Assembly: GCA_002269645.1 (NCBI GenBank)
Contig: NIVC01000861.1
Location: 248,001-312,000, forward strand
DNA from: Macrostomum lignano
Lineage: Eukaryota
DNA length: 64,000 nucleotides
Direction: 5' to 3'
Shown: in pieces, positions 49,601 to 62,995 of the stretch
Layout: every line of letters starts with the position of its first letter
Numbering within the stretch: position 1 is the stretch's first letter
Notes under the pieces: model-generated
Databases searched by the model: none
What the model was told of the DNA's origin: nothing
Seen by the model: only the letters and a program-made list of their open reading frames with translations
Program-made: the position numbers and the translations under genes

Positions 49601-51139
49601 TTTCTGTGCTTTCCACAGACGAGGAAAATTAGAGGTCGCAGGTCGCCAGCGTTGCCAAACAAGCTCAGGTGTTTTTAGCTAATAAAATGCACGAAATCAC
49701 TCTCCATATCAGCATTCGGGGTGTGCCATGAAGCTCACAGATGTTCAAATGAAAAGATATTTTTGGTGTAAAGTCTACTCAGATGTTATATTGCAAAAAT
49801 TACTTTTAGTTTAATTTTTAAAACATTTTCCTTGCTGTAGTGTGCATTTGATTTTTGTTGATTTATAAATAGTTTCGTGGAATTGAACAAGGAACCGATA
49901 ATCCCGTCATTAATGTGCATCTTATATTATGGTTCTCGGGTTGTTTTTATAGTTGTTATTTTTTTACTTTTTCACACTCCTTATTGCATTCTCTCGTGTG
50001 ACGTTGTCGTTTACAGTGCAGCTATTAACTTTGTTTTCTAAGTAAATCAATACTAATTTTAAGAAATGGTATCCTCAGCATTATCTGATAATTTAATTTT
50101 TTGTTACTACAATATTTCTAATTACGTTATTTTTTGTTTATCTTACCGTAAAAAATGTTTTTCATTCAAACTGTGAAAAGGAAGGTAATTTTTTGTACCG
50201 TAACGCAGTGAGTGCGCGCGCTCGTGATTGGTTATTTTTCACTAGGTGTTGGCCATTATAGTCATTCAAGCGCCATCACCATCCATCAGCTCGCACCATT
50301 CAATCAGCTAATCATATTTGTAATTAGTAACGAACCAACGGTATTTCTGGTCCTAAGATATTCTTATATTAACATATCATTTCACGTACTTTTTATCAAA
50401 TACATATGAATACATAATTCCCTATTTTGTTCTGCTTTATCTGTTGAAAAAAAGATTTTTGTCTTTCGACAAAAACCATGGCACGAAAACGGTCCATCTC
50501 AGTCTGCAGCCATGCGCTATCTACGCGAATCCTCAGTCGGGTGCGGTTTTGCTGGCTATCGGGAACGGATGTGTTGGTATACGAGTAGTAGGCTAGTCAA
50601 GAAAAGGTTTTTAAACTTGAAGCACGTGACCATTGTGATAGCAAACAATTCACAATTCAAGGGCAGATTTTCCGAGCAAAATTTTATGCTTGTTAATTTA
50701 ATAAATTCTATATTTTTTCGTATATAATTTTGGAGCATACAACTCGTACAGTTGGAATTATCATATAAATATACTATTATTATGAAAAAAACCTCAAATA
50801 AATTACGATGATAAAAATCTATCGCAACTATTACTAACAATTATTACTAGTAATAACACTAACAAGTAAGTCAGTGTTGTAAAATGTGTTAGGTATGGTA
50901 TGGGTAATGGTAGAAAACCGAAAAAGAAAAATGAAGGAGATTATTGTAGAAACTTCAATTTGAACGAATGTTTCGACGGCAAAATAGGAATAGAGAAGAA
51001 ATGTGCAGAAGTTTTCAACTGGCAAAGTACTTCTTTTATAACAAGAAAACATATCGTTTAACAAGTTGATCCTAGCGCTCCAGAAAAAGCTGACAAGATT
51101 ACAAAATTAAACAGTAACAACTATCTGTGTTTAAACATT

Positions 51140-52330
51140 GAGTCATCTCCCCAACCAATCAGAGTCATCTCTCCAACCAATCAGAGAGTCATCTCCCCAA
51201 CCAATCAGAGTCATCTCTCCAACCAATCAGAGAGTCACCTCCCCAACCAATCAGAGAGTCACCTCCCCAACCAATCAGAGAGTCACTTTCCCAACCAATC
51301 AGAGAGTCATCTCCCCAACCAATCAGAGAGTCATCTCCCCAACCAATCAGAGAGTCACTTTCCCAACCAATCAGAGAGTCATCTCCCCAACAATCAGAGA
51401 GTAATCTCCCCAACCAATCAGAGAGTCACCTCCCCAACCAATCAGAGAGTCACCTTCCCAACCAATCAGAGAGTCATCTCCCCAACCAATCAGAGAGTCA
51501 TCTCCCCAACCAATCAGAGAGTCACCTCCCCAACCAATCAGAGAGTCATCTTCCCAACCAATCAGAGAGTCATCTTCCCAACCAATCAGAGAGTCATCTC
51601 CCCAACCAATCAGAGAGTCATCTCCCCAACAATCAGAGAGTAATCTCCCCAACCAATCAGAGAGTCACCTCCCCAACCAATCAGAGAGTCACCTTCCCAA
51701 CCAATCAGAGAGTCATCTCCCCAACCAATCAGAGAGTCATCTCCCCAACCAATCAGAGAGTCACCTCCCCAACCAATCAGAGAGTCATCTTCCCAACCAA
51801 TCAGAGAGTAATCTTCCCAACCAATCAGAGAGTCATCTCCCCAACCAATCAGAGAGTCACCTTCCCAACCAATCAGAGAGTCATCTCCCCAACCAATCAG
51901 AGAGTAATCTCCCCAACCAATCAGAGAGTCACCTCCCCAACCAATCAGAGAGTCATCTTCCCAACCAATCAGAGAGTAATCTTCCCAACCAATCAGAGAG
52001 TCACCTCCCCAACCAATCAGAGAGTAATCTCCCCAACCAATCAGAGAGTCATCTCCCCAACCAATCAGAGAGTCACCTTCCCAACCAATCAGAGAGTCAT
52101 CTTCCCAACCAATCAGAGAGTCATCTTCCCAACCAATCAGAGAGTAATCTTCCCAACCAATCAGAGAGTCACCTCCCCAACCAATCAGAGAGTAATCTCC
52201 CCAACCAATCAGAGAGTCATCTCCCCAACCAATCAGAGAGTCACCTCCCCAACCAATCAGAGAGTCACCTTCCCAACCAATCAGAGAGTTACCTCGCCAA
52301 CCAATCAGAGAGTCACCTCCCCAACCAATC
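51140..52330. repeat. 24-bp minisatellite (CCCCAACCAATCAGAGAGTCATCT), ~50 copies, ~100 bp 3' of the HIBADH stop
   Basis: Direct reading; explains the WGDDSLIG ORFs. Confidence 0.97.
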
Positions 52331-52429
52331 AGAATCAACCAGACGGACACATTAATCTTTAAAAACACAGTACTAGTTCAGAGATGAGAGTTAAAGTTGG
52401 TAACTAATGAAATGAACATGGCAACATTG

Positions 52430-54243
52430 TTAATTAGACTTGTTCTGCTGGTCCTGCAGAAACTTATAGAACACAGAGAAGTCCTTGGCGGCCAAGCCAT
52501 GAGCGCACATCAGACTGTAGATCTGACACGCCAGTCCGCCCATCACGGTTGACACCTGATTCTGAGCGGCGGCCGACTGGGCCAATCTCAGATCCTTCAG
52601 CATCAGGGCGCACAAGAAGCCACCATCGTAGTCTCTGGACGATGGCACGCCTGGAACAACTCCTGGCACGGGGTTGTACACCTCGGAGCTCCAGCATCTA
52701 CCGGAACTGGCGTTGAGTACCTCAGCTAGGTTATTAGGATTCAAGCCCAGGTGCTTGCCAAGAGCCATTGCTTCGCATGTCCCCAGCATTGAGACGGCTA
52801 GAAGCATATTGTTGCAGATTTTGGCGGCTTCTCCGCTGCCCACTTTATCGCCGCAGTGAATTGATTTTTTACCCATCGCGGCTAGCAACGGCGCGGCGAT
52901 ATCGAATGCCGACTTCGGGCCGCCGCACATGAATGTTAGCTGGGCATTTTTTGCTGCCACAACGCCACCGCTGACTGGGGCGTCGATGTACACCGCGCCA
53001 GCCTGTTGTGCCTCTTCGGCAATCTGAATTTTGAAAGAATTTGTAAAAAATATAAAAAACCTATGCTGGCCTACTGAACTAGTAATAAAATTAGTTTTAG
53101 AATATTTTAAGCAAAAAATCCAATAAAATCTGCTTCTTGCCTACTGTTATAAGTAGTAAAATGACGATAATAAAAATAAAACAGTTAATATACATGAATA
53201 AACGTTACTTGCCTACTGTCATAAGTAGTAAGATGACGATATTGAAAATAAAACAGTTGATATAGATAAATATACGTTACTCGCCTACTGTCATTAGTAG
53301 TAAGATGACGATATTGAAAATAAAACAGTTGATATAGATAAATATACGTTACTCGCCTACTGTCATAAGTAGTAAGATGACGATATTGAAAATAAAACAG
53401 TTGATATAGATAAATATACGTTACTCGCCTACTGTCATAAGTAGTAAGATGACGATATTGAAAATAAAACAGTTGAAATAGATAAATATACGTTACTCGC
53501 CTACTGTCATAAGTAGTAAGATGACGATATTGAAAATAAAACAGCTGATGTAGATAAATATACGTTACTCGCCTACTGTCATTAGTAGTATAGTAAGATG
53601 ACAACATTGAAAATAAAGCAATCAATGTAGATGAATATGCGTTACTCGCCTACTGTCATAAGTAGTAAGATGACGACATTGAAAAAAAAGCTATCAATGT
53701 AGATGAATATGCGTTACTCGCCTACTGTCATAAGTAGTAAGATGACGACATTGAAAATAAAGCCATCAATGTAGATGAATATGCGTTACTCGCCTACTGT
53801 CATAAGTAGTAAGATGACGATATTGAAAATAAAAAATCTGTGTAGGCATTCTTTACCTTCTCGCACACGCCCGGCTCGCCGGTGGTGCTGTCAATAAACA
53901 GGGTGCCATTGCCTTTGCTGGCAGCCAGGAGGCCATCGGATCCGCTGTAAATCTGAGTGACCTCCTTCGAGCTTGGCAGCATGGTGACAACGGCGCTGGC
54001 GCCAGGCACGACTTCGTTGGCGCTCGAAGCGGCCGAGGCGCGACCTTCGCTACCAGCCACAACGGCGTCAATAGCGGCCCGACTAACGTCGAATACTCGA
54101 ACTTGATGCCCGGCTTTAGCCAAATTAGTTGCCATGGACGCGCCCATGTTGCCAAGGCCGATGAAGCCAAGCTGACTGGCCGATGCGGTGGACGCGGAAC
54201 GGCGCGCGACAAGCGTAAGGCGGAGCAAATTTCTGGCGGACAT
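52430..54243 (-). CDS. HIBADH: 3-hydroxyisobutyrate dehydrogenase, mitochondrial; exons 54243-53857 and 53023-52430; 326 aa
   Basis: Arg/Ser-rich transit peptide, GFIGLGNMG Rossmann motif, VVTMLPSS, FIDSTT, DAPVSGG, AKICNNMLLA, ASSGRCWSSEVYNPVPG, GGF..ALMLKDL, KDFS; phase-0 GTAAAG...TTCAG intron. Confidence 0.97.
53137..53835. repeat. 72-bp minisatellite filling the HIBADH intron, ~10 copies
   Basis: Unit GCCTACTGTCATAAGTAGTAAGATGACGATATTGAAAATAAAACAGTTGATATAGATAAATATACGTTACTC. Confidence 0.95.
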
Positions 54244-54329
54244 TGTCTGGGGGACTCGCGGGTAGCTGCAGTATCAATCACATTGTTAAATTTGAATTTC
54301 TTTATTTTGTGAAACTAGCAAGAACAGGG

Positions 54330-55397
54330 AAATCCCCTAGATTGTGGCACTAAACCCTCATGCATAGTGGTCCTCCAATCCCCTAGATTGTGGCCTCAAA
54401 TCCCCTAGATTGTGGTCCTCCAAGCCCCTAGATTGTGGTCCTCCAAGCCCCTAGATTGTGGTCCTCCAATCCCCTAGATTGTGGCCTCCAATCCCCTAGA
54501 TTGTGGTCCTCCAAGCCCCTGGATTGTGGTCCTCCAATCCCCTAGATTGTGGTCCTCCAAGCCCCTCTTTGTGGTCCTCCAAGCCCCTCTTTGTGGTCCT
54601 CAAATCCCCTAGATTGTGGTCCTCCAAGCCCCTGGATTGTGGTCCTCCAAGCCCCTAGATTGTGGTCCTCCAAGCCCCTCTTTGTGGTCCTCCAAGCCCC
54701 TAGATTGTGGTCCTCAAATCCCCTAGATTGTGGTCCTCAAATGCCCTAGATTGTGGTCCTCAAATCCCCTAGATTGTGGTCCTCAAATGCCCTAGATTGT
54801 GGTCCTCCAAGCCCCTCTTTGTGGTCCTCCAAACCCCTAGATTGTGGTCCTCTAAGCCCCTCTTTGTGGTCCTCCAAGCCCCTAGATTTTGGTCCTCAAA
54901 TCCCCTAGCTTGTGGCCTCAAAGCCCCTAGATTGTGGTCCTCAAATCCCCTAGATTGTGGTCCCCCAATCCCCTAGATTGTGGTCCTCAAATGCCCTAGA
55001 TTGTGGTCCTCAAATCCCCTAGATTGTGGTCCTCAAATGCCCTAGATTGTGGTCCTCAAATCCCCCCGATTACGGCCTTCAAATCCCCTAGATTGTGAGC
55101 CACAAATTCCCTAGATTATGGCCTTCAAATCCTCCAGATTATGGCCTTCAAATGCCCTAGATTTTGGCCTTCAAATCCCCTAGATTATGGCTTTCAAATC
55201 CCCCAGATTATGGCCTTCAAATACCCTAGATTGTGACCTTCAAATCCCCTAGATTGTGACCTTCAAATCCTCTAGATTGTGACCTTCAAATCCCCTAGAT
55301 TGTGGCCTTCAAATCCCCTAGATTGTGGCCTTCAAATACCCTAGATTGTGGCCTTCAAATCCCATGATTGTGGCCTTCAAATCCCCTAGATTGTGGT
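54330..55397. repeat. ~23-bp minisatellite (TCCCCTAGATTGTGGTCCTCCAA) upstream of HIBADH
   Basis: Direct reading. Confidence 0.95.
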
Positions 55398-55994
55398 ACA
55401 CACATTTCCAATATTTTAGTCCTTTAAAAGTTCTAAAATCCTTAAATTGTCGTCACTAAAACGCGGCCTCACACCCAATGCTACTAGAAATAAGTATTTT
55501 ATAAAGGGACTTTGCAACTAAATATAATACATATAATATGCATATACTTTCAGTTGAATTATATGACGCGGAATCGTGACGTGTGGAAAAAGACGCATAG
55601 TTACAAAAAAACTACCGGTGTTCAAGCAAAACGTGCTTTCTTTTTAATATAAACATGCTAAAAGAACAATAAAGGTCATATAGACAAAAATACTGTAAAA
55701 GTACTAAGACTAAGAGCTGTAACTAATGAATACGATAATTTACATAGTTGGAATCACACTACACTGAGTTAGAATATAAAAGTGGAACATACATAAAAAC
55801 TGGTAATGTCTTTTCCAATAAAATCTATAAAAAACACAAAAAGGTTTTAACACGCTACTAACAGTGGCATTAAGCAAAAATTAGCGTAGTTTTTTACAGA
55901 AAAAAATCGAATAAAGATTAATAGTCAGTCTACTTATAGTAGGGGTCGGAAATTTTTTGATAGCGCCAGATAGAGATTTTAGCTCATGGCTGCA

Positions 55995-56410
55995 GGCAGA
56001 TGAGAGTGGATAGGATAGGGAATAGAACATGAGAGATGAGAGGAGAGGAGATGCGAGAGAGATGGGATGAGAGAAGAGATAAATGAAAAGATAAGAGGAG
56101 AGGTGGGAGAGAGGAGAGAAGGGAGAGAAGAGGAGACATGGGAGACAGGTGAGAAGGGAGAGGAGATATGGGAGAGAAGGGGGAGAAGAGGAGACATGGG
56201 AGACAGGTGAGAAGGGAGAGGAGATATGGGAGAGAAGGGGGAGAAGAGGAGACATGGGAGACAGGTGAGAAGGGAGAGGAGATATGGGAGAGAAGGGGGA
56301 GAAGAGGAGACATAGGAGACAGGAGAGAAGGGAGAGAAGGAAGAGAAGAGGAGAATGGAGAGAGAAGAGAAAGAAGATGAGACATGGGAGAGACGATACT
56401 GTGAGAGAAG
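55995..56410. repeat. Purine-rich low complexity with ~57-bp repeated units
   Basis: Direct reading. Confidence 0.85.
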
Positions 56411-56556
56411 AGACAAACCTTGAGAGGACGGGATTACTATTTACTGTTAAGTTTAAAAAGACCCATGAAACCCACGAGCCGGAGTTTGCCGACTTCAGAC
56501 TCATAGCAAACTTTGGAAAGGAGTTGGATTTAAAAAAAAGAGTAGATATGTTTTCT

Positions 56557-59500
56557 TCAACAGCTGGACTCGCAAATATTCCCATCGCTGTCCAAAGCGC
56601 TGGTCCACCAATGCGGACGAAAGTCTCGACTAGCCAGGTCGCTCTGAGTGTCCGACTGCTGCTGGAATTGCATGCAGTTATGAATTATTAATTCAGCAAA
56701 ACTCTCAGTTTCTTTAAGTAAAACAAAATATGAAAGGTATAGTTTATTGTTATAAATCGGCTTAAAGGTTAACAGGGCATTTTTTATAGAATAGGGGCGT
56801 GCTTTAGGGGTATTTTTTAGTTGCTAATTCTCGATTGGGGTATTTAGATGCGGATTCTTTATCGGGGTATTTAGATGCGGATTCTCGATTGGGGTATTTA
56901 TATGCTGATTCTCGATTGGGGTATTTAGATGCGGATTCTTTATCGGGGTATTTAGATGCGGATTCTCGATTGGGGTATTTAGTTGCTAATTCTCGATTGG
57001 GGTATTTAGATGCTGGTTCTCAATTGGGGTATTTAGATGCTGATTCTCGATTGGGGTATTTAGTTGCTAATTATCGATTAAGGTATTTAGATGCTGATTC
57101 TCGATTGGGGTATTTAGATGCTGATTCTCGATTGGGGTATTTAGATGCTGATTCTTGATTGGGGTATTTAGATGCTGATTCTCGATTGGGGTATTTAGAT
57201 GCTAAATCTCGATTGTGGTATTTAGATGCTGATTCTCGATTGGGGTATTTAGATGCCGATTATCGATTGGGGTGTTTAGATGCTGGTTCTCGATTGGGGT
57301 ATTTAGATGCTGATTCTCGATTGGGGTATTTAGATGCTGATTCTCGATCGGAGTATTTAGATGCTGGTTCTCGATTGGGGTATTTAGATGCGGATTCTCG
57401 ATTGGGGTATTTAGATGCCGATTCTCGACCGGGGTATTTAGATGCTGGTTCTCTATTGGGGTATTTAGATGCCGATTCTCGACCGGGGTATTTAGATGCT
57501 GGTTCTCTATTGGGGTATTTAGATACGGATTCTCGATTGGGGTATTTAGTTGCCAACTCTCGATTGGGGTATTTAGATGCTGGTTCTCAATTGGGGTATT
57601 TAGATGCTGATTCTCGATCGGAGTATTTAGATGCTGGTTCTCTATTGGGGTATTTAGATGCTGATTCTCGATTGGGTTATTTAGATGCCGATTCTCGACC
57701 GGGGTATTTAGATGCCGATTCTCGATTGGGGTATTTAGATGCGGATTCTCGATTGGGTTATTTAGATGCCGATTCTCGACCGGGGTATTTAGATGCCGAT
57801 TCTCAATCGGGGTATTATCGGGGTATTTAGATGCCGATTCTCGATTGGGGTATTTAGACGCAAGGTTCTCAAGGTTTATCTAGATTCTAATTATCGAGAG
57901 GTTATTAGCTGCTAACTCACCGCCTCCCCAATGCGACCCAGCAGCTGTCTGAAGGCCAGCTCGCTGTACACAGCGTCAGACAGACTTAGCAGTAAATATT
58001 CTAAACAATTATCGATATTTCGGCCACAAAAGTCGAATAAAAGTTGGGGCAATTGTCCCTTAAAATCGCTACCAGCCTGCGGTTGCTGCTTGTCCAACAG
58101 TTCCAGCACAATCCCGCTGAGCCAGGCCAAGAATTTCGCAGAGATTACCGTGCCGCTGACAAAGCGAGATCCCAGTATTGGGATCAGTTGGCGGATTAAG
58201 TCCCCAACTCGGCGATCGATTTCTTCGCCTGAGAACGCGTGTAGAGATGAGAGGGGATGGGTGCTAGAGTTGAGGCTTTATAGCTTGGTGAGGGTGATTG
58301 GACGAAGACAATAGAATAGCTAACAAAACAAAGCTACAAAGCTAACAAAGCTACTGAAACAGAGACTCAGATTAGCCACTGAGTAAAGACTCAGATTAGC
58401 CATTGAGACAAAGACTTAGATTAAGCTACTGAAACAAAGACTCAGATTAGCCATTGCGATTAAGACTCAGATTAAGCTTCTGAGACAAAGACTCAGGTTA
58501 GCCATTAAGATAAAGACTCAGATTAAGCTTCTGAGACAAAGACTCAGATTAAGCTTCTGAGACAAAGACTCAGATTAAGCTTCTGAGACAAAGACTCAGG
58601 TTAGCCATTAAGATAAAGACTCAGATTAAGCTTCTGAGACAAAGACTCAGATTAGCAACCAATCCAAGAAACCGATGGCCAGAATTGACAGACACAACAG
58701 CCCCTGGCGAACCACTCCACCAGGATCTTCTAACGCACCCTCCTGGGCCCCGTCATTGGGCCGCCCTCGCCTGGCCCGCTCGTCGCTGGCGTCAACCAGC
58801 CGCTGCCGCCGTTCATCCGTCAGACGCCGACGCTCCGTCAGCACTCGATCTGCGGTCTCCATAAACGTATAACTGCCGCTACTTCGACTATCTGAGTCTT
58901 CTGTGTCGGTATCAGTCGACCCGGTATCGGATATGTCGGCATTGCCAGCTGATTGATGCCAGTTGTCAGATGTCTGAGTGCCCAAATCGGCTCTGCTGGG
59001 CTTTTGTACTTTCTTGTCGAAATCTGAAAACAAAATGTAATCCACTAATTAGATGACGAGGCACTCTAGATTCGAAAAACAAATATAGTTACTCCCGCCG
59101 TTCACCTGAAGAGTAGCAAAATCTAGCCGAATGAGTTAATTGTGTCACGTGACCAGACAGCCTGTCAATCACTGTTTGATGCTCCGCTAGCAAGGATCGA
59201 CAACGAACTAGACAGCCAAGTAGTAACTGTCGACTAAGTAGTTCAATTTCGTCCACTTCAGTGTCAATATATTTTCGTCTACGCTGTTTACTACTACGAG
59301 TAGGCTGGGGCTGTCTCAGACCAGCTAGATTGTTCAGTGGGGGGCTGCTGTAAGTTTTATTGGATTGAGTAGTCTGTCGAGATCCTTGCTGCCGATTCAA
59401 CAATTGAATGCATCGACGCTCTCGAGCTGACAGGCTTTGAATGGTTCGATTGAGCTGGGCTCGGCTAGCAAAGTTTGGCTTTTCTTCATTGCCAACCTGA

Positions 59501-59658
59501 AGACGGCAGCGACGGAGCTGAGCAGTGGCCAAGTGAAGGTCAGCCCGTACTCGGCTGAGCTGGGCAGCAAGGTCAGCTTCACTCAGGTTTGAGAGTAGTG
59601 AATCAGTTTCAGGGTCACCCCTGGTAGCACTATCACTAGTCTTCAGTCTGGTAGCCAT
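56557..59658 (-). CDS. Four-exon gene of unknown family (59658-59106; 59023-~58700; ~58230-57919; 56661-56557)
   Basis: GC-rich open exons; junction 1/2 (G|GTGAAC...TTTTCAG|AT) phase 1 and junction 3/4 (GCG|GTGAGT...TTCCAG|CAG) phase 0 are consistent. The donor of exon 2 is uncertain, so two separate genes are possible. Confidence 0.55.
56825..57860. repeat. 27-bp intronic minisatellite (GATTCTCGATTGGGGTATTTAGATGCT)
   Basis: Direct reading. Confidence 0.95.
58355..58655. repeat. ~26-bp intronic minisatellite (GAGACAAAGACTCAGATTAAGCTTCT)
   Basis: Direct reading. Confidence 0.9.
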
Positions 59659-61769
59659 GAATTTTTTTGCATTATTATATAATTTTTCTGTGGTTTCATT
59701 TTGAATTTTAAACACATTTAAGAATGTCAATAGAAAAAAAAATAATAGACTCAATGATTAAATAGTTTATCTCTCATATAAGCAAATAAAAATGCATATA
59801 GATATTGTTATTTACTTGAAGTAGATAAAATTGGTTTACTTCTAATTTTATATATAGGCCTCAATCTTACTAGATATTATATATTATATTGCCAAAATAT
59901 ACTAGCATAAGTGAATCCAAAAGTTGTACATCAGTGCAGTAGTTGGATTTGGACTTTTCATCTTTTAAAATTAGACTTGATTCCTGAATCCTATTCTAAA
60001 TAGGTTTTGATAAAATTTTATTACTTGACTTTTTCTACAATAATAAAGAACTTGTTTATATACTAAGTATTTTTATAAAAAATGAATTAGAAAATTATCA
60101 AATAAGGATATAGGTATACTAATCCTAAAAATAAATACTATGATAGGCCCATAGATTACATATGAGGAAGGGCATTTACATTTTATAATACGTACAAATG
60201 TTTTTAATTTACTCATTTTGCCTAATTTTGTAGAGAAACTGTTTTTTCAAATTTGCACTAAAACACTAACCTTTGTTTAAATGTTGTGATTTGTGGAAAT
60301 ATTCTCATAATTAGTATTTGTTTTAAACTGCAAGAAATATTGATATAAATAGAAGCCCCAAGCGGGCCAAGAGAAGCAACTCACTGCAAGCTTTCAATTG
60401 CGAGCAAAGTTTACTAAGTCTTTACTAAATCTTTAAAAGCAGTTGTTCAAACTGACTTATTCATTTTTCTAGAATATTGCGCCCCTTATTGGGAGTATCA
60501 GAGAACTGCTAAGGAGCAAGAATCGCCTCAGGGCAGTAACCCTATAGAGTGTATAGCCACCTCAGGGCAGGGAAAACTGCATAAGGCTGTGACCCTTTGA
60601 TCCTGGGAACACCCAGGACTGAGAGATAGTAGGAATAGACAGTGCCATTAGACCATTTAGGCCAAAGAGTACAGTACATGTACAGACACTACCAATAAGA
60701 TAAGTAGATGCTACCAATATCTAGAAGTAGATAGAGGAGTAGTCACACTTTTGATAAGTATAAGTACATTGATATAAAAGTACATTAATTAATAGAGAGA
60801 AGTTTAACCCTGCAACAACGTTAGTGGCAGCTTTAGGAAACCAGAAAATAGGAGTTAGAATAGCCCTACAACTGCTGGTGATAGTAGTGGGGATATTATT
60901 ATTAAAGAAAGTACCCTACAATAGCTAGTACTCAGCAGTAGGATATTTGTAAGATACCTAGACACTTCATCATCTTACAACTTCATCATCCAGATGATAA
61001 TCTGTCCAATATCTCAGAGGGTGAATGATGAAGTGACTTAGACTTGTGGACACTTCATCATCTAAAAAACAAGTTTTTAAAGTTAGAACAGAACCACCCC
61101 TCCCCATCCCATATCACTCCCAACATGTACATGATTTTGTTATTTTGAGACATTGTGTTGGCACCTCCAACATGCACACAATTTTGTTATTTTGAGACAT
61201 TGTGTTGGCACCTATCTTTCAACTCTTATAATGAAATCAGTTTTAACACTTCTTCTTGACAATTTAAGAGTGTGAAGCGTGTTCACACCTCTGCCCTACC
61301 ACCCCACCCTCACTTTATTCCGAGCTTGCTTTTGACTGGCTGCTGTGCTTGTTGAGGCCAAGTATGAAAATTATCTCTATTAGTAACAGTAATAACACTT
61401 AGTAAAGGAAGCAGTAAAGTGAAATATAAAATAACTCGCCCTTAATTGTTCCATCCTCACAAGGCTGCAGGAGAATCCGGAACTCCGCCTTGCTCTAGAT
61501 GTTCCCAGCATTGCCAACCTGGTCCGCACGACCAACCAAACATGGGAGGCTGGGCACATACATGCGCAACTGCTGGCCGACCTGGCCGATCCGGCCACCG
61601 TAAATCGTGGCTGACCAGGGGTAAGTCGCAAAATTGAGTCAACCAAAAACAGAAAAACACAAGAACCAAGAAAGGCAAGAGGAAAGCGAAAGAAAGAGCA
61701 GTTCAGGGAAAATAATGAAGCAAAAGAAAAACAATTCGCAAAAGAAGCAAACTAAGTTGTAAAAATAAT

Positions 61770-62110
61770 CAGGTAAGTCGCAAAAAGGATCAGGTAAGTC
61801 GCAACAGGAATCAGGTAAGTCGCAAAAGGGTTAGGTAAGTCGCAAAAAGGATTAGGTAAGTCCCAAAAAGGATTAGGTAAGTCGCAAAAAGGATTAGGTA
61901 AGTCGCAAAAAGGATTAGGTAAGTCACAAAGGGTTAGGTAAGTCGCAAAAGGATTAAGTAAGTCGCAAAAGGATTAGGTAAGTCGCAAAAAGGATTAAGT
62001 AAGTCGCAAAAAGGATTAGGTAAGTCGCAAAAGGGTTAGGTAAGTCGCAAAAGGATTAGGTAAGTCGCAAAAAGGATTAGGTAAGTCGCAAAAAGAAGCA
62101 ACTAAGTCGC
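61770..62110. repeat. ~20-21-bp tandem repeat (GGTAAGTCGCAAAAAGGATTA) inside the 2-kb element
   Basis: Direct reading, ~16 copies. Confidence 0.92.
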
Positions 62111-62349
62111 AATAAGAGGGAAGTAAGTCACAATCAGAGGCAATCAGGGGGTAGTAGGTGCAAGTGTGGCAGGAGAGCAAAAACAGAATAGAAGCCTTCA
62201 ACCACAGACAAGATCTTTGAAATCAGAAGCCTGCGTCATTTCTTAAACTCTGGAGCAGGGGTTGGCAAACTCCGGCCCGCGAAGCCCCTCTATCTGGCCC
62301 TCGCCCCTCGGGTTCTTTGAAACTTCCTAACTACGAGTAGCAAGGTTGG

Positions 62350-62995
62350 TGTCTCTTCAACTCTCATCTCTCTCTTCTTCTCTACCTTGCCTCCCCTCTT
62401 CTCTCTCTCCCCCCTTTTCCCTCTTCTCTCTCCTCTCTTCTCCCCCTTTCTCTCTACCCTTTCTCCTCAATGCCCTCTTCTCTCCTCTTATCTTCAGCAA
62501 AAATATGTGCATATTTTCTTACTTCAAAGTAGAGGGAATAGAAGATTAGAGATAAGCAAACAGAGGAGAGGCGAGCGATGCGATGGGAGAAAAGATAGAA
62601 GAGGAGAGAAAAGCTGAGGAAGGAAAAAGAGATGAGAGAGAAGAGGAGATGAGAGAAAAGAGGAAAGAAAAGATGATGAATAAGATCAGAAGAGAGGAAA
62701 GAGGAAAGAGGAGAGAGTAGATGAGAGAAGAGAGGATAAAGAGGAGATGAGAGGAGAGTGAAGAGAGGAGAGACGAGAGAGCAGAAAAGAGAGGAGAGAT
62801 AAGATGAGAGAGTAGAGTGGAGAGAGACGAGAGGGAAGATAAGATGAGAGAGTAGAGTGGAATGGAGAGAGACGAGAGGAGAGATAAGAATGTAGAGAGG
62901 AGACAGAAGAGATAGGAGAGGAGAGGAAAGAGAGAAGGGATAAGGGATGAGAGAGAAAAGAAAAAGAGGATGAGAAGATTGAGGAATGGAGAGAA
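62350..62995. repeat. Pyrimidine-rich then purine-rich low-complexity tracts inside the 2-kb element
   Basis: Direct reading. Confidence 0.85.

Noticed and set aside
56835-57830. About 1 kb plus-strand frame of GYLDADSRL repeats as a repeat protein
   Set aside because: A 27-bp unit keeps frame automatically; variants hit all codon positions, there is an internal stop, no ATG or exon borders, and it lies antisense within an intron.
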